Source of the DNA: a virus
DNA length: 64,000 bases
Virus record (IMG/VR): IMGVR_UViG_3300021961_000019
Reading direction: 5' to 3' (one strand)
In this document: piece by piece, positions 63,177 through 64,000 of the stretch
Position numbering within the stretch: the first letter of the stretch is position 1
Layout of the letters: the number at the start of each line of letters is the position of its first letter
Position numbers and translations under genes: made by a program
Notes under the pieces: model-generated
Seen by the model: the letters and a program-made list of their open reading frames with translations, nothing else
The model's database searches: none
Told to the model about the DNA's origin: nothing

Positions 63177-63887
63177 TTACCTGAGAGACAAGCTGTTGAC
63201 CTTAAGATTTCTTAAATGCTCACTCATCTTATCAAGATATCCGCGATTACGCAACTCCTTGAACACCAGATTTTCTACAGCAAATTCACCTCCCTTCTGA
63301 ATCGAAGATGATCTCATGTTTCTAAACTTTTCCTTAAGTTTCATGAATGCATCACGATCATCTGCACGATTATTAATCAAGAAATCAATCTTTTCCATAT
63401 AATGCTTAACCTTACTAGCAATACACGGATCTGAAAGATTGACTTGTTTATGAACTGGTTTGCGGATCCACTTACTTTTTTGTAGGGAAAAAATTCCCTG
63501 ATCTGATGGGAAAGGTTCTCTAATGTCTTGAGCATACAATTCTACATCATGTCCATATATTTTAATGTCATGAGTTAATGCCCACAGTTGCTTCTTATCT
63601 TTCAAGTAGTCATCAATTAAATCTGGGCAATTAGCAATCTCTCTCTTGTCAACCAGTAGATGCAAATCCAAATCAGAATATTTTGTATAGTTGTAATTTG
63701 CATTTCCACCAACCAGAGTAATATCCTTAATTGCAGAATTTGGAATATTAGCAAATTCTGCCCACTCACCAGCGATACGCAAAAGTGCTTCTCTAACATC
63801 AACTTTAATATTATCATCATCCCAGACTTTAGGATTTAGTCGGTCATGATAGCGTAAGGTTAATTGTAATTCTTTAAATGTTTTCAT
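63177..63887 (-). CDS. Pol-beta superfamily nucleotidyltransferase
   Basis: LVGGNANYNYTKYSDLDLH...DVELY (hG[GS]...DxD plus third acid). Confidence 0.8.
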   Translation of the reverse strand: MKTFKELQLTLRYHDRLNPKVWDDDNIKVDVREALLRIAGEWAEFANIPNSAIKDITLVGGNANYNYTKYSDLDLHLLVDKREIANCPDLIDDYLKDKKQLWALTHDIKIYGHDVELYAQDIREPFPSDQGIFSLQKSKWIRKPVHKQVNLSDPCIASKVKHYMEKIDFLINNRADDRDAFMKLKEKFRNMRSSSIQKGGEFAVENLVFKELRNRGYLDKMSEHLRNLKVNSLSLR

Positions 63888-63973
63888 CTTAGAGAAACCC
63901 AGAAAAAGAGGAAGATTCCTTGATATGTGCCAAAGAATCTTCCGCGCCGACGATATTCAATACTATTTAGAAT

Positions 63974-64000
63974 TTACAAATAATCCCGTCTCTTATGAGT
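63974..64000 (-). CDS. 3' end of probable small heat-shock protein (…THKRRDYL*)
   Basis: The H(K/R)RxDYL ending and position upstream of gp43 resemble cyanophage hsp20; only 8 codons visible. Confidence 0.45.
   Translation of the reverse strand, partial: THKRRDYL

Overview
This is a 64 kb segment of a lytic T4-like cyanophage genome (Kyanoviridae-type myovirus), almost all encoded on the minus strand. From left to right it holds: (1) small conserved cyanophage ORFs, glutaredoxin and an HNH nuclease; (2) a virion/tail-fibre cassette (2.4-9.7 kb); (3) cell-wall hydrolases (SNase and M23 on +, GH24 lysozyme and C39 peptidase on -); (4) an intact cyanobacterial-type S-adenosylhomocysteine hydrolase (ahcY) and an outer-membrane beta-barrel; (5) a roughly 16 kb glycan/LPS-modification island preceded by a wcaG-type RNA; (6) a tRNA region (32-38.8 kb) with 29 tRNAs covering all 20 amino acids, one tRNA-like molecule lacking an anticodon stem, several structured spacer RNAs, gnd and an HNH gene; (7) peptide deformylase, nrdB, nrdA and primase; (8) late genes, including a 929-aa probable internal head protein and a nuclease-like / ligase-like / HIGH-nucleotidyltransferase module; (9) mazG, gp41 helicase, uvsX, gp43 polymerase and a Pol-beta-type nucleotidyltransferase. 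The best candidates for undescribed biology are the late nucleotidyl-transfer module with T4 capsid-targeting-like N-termini, the KxDG ligase-like protein, a roughly 215-nt multi-hairpin RNA between tRNA-Ala and tRNA-Met, the atypical tRNAs, phage ahcY next to methyltransferases, and a repeated palindrome upstream of sigma70 promoters. All calls are by eye from motifs; no database searches or folding programs were run.
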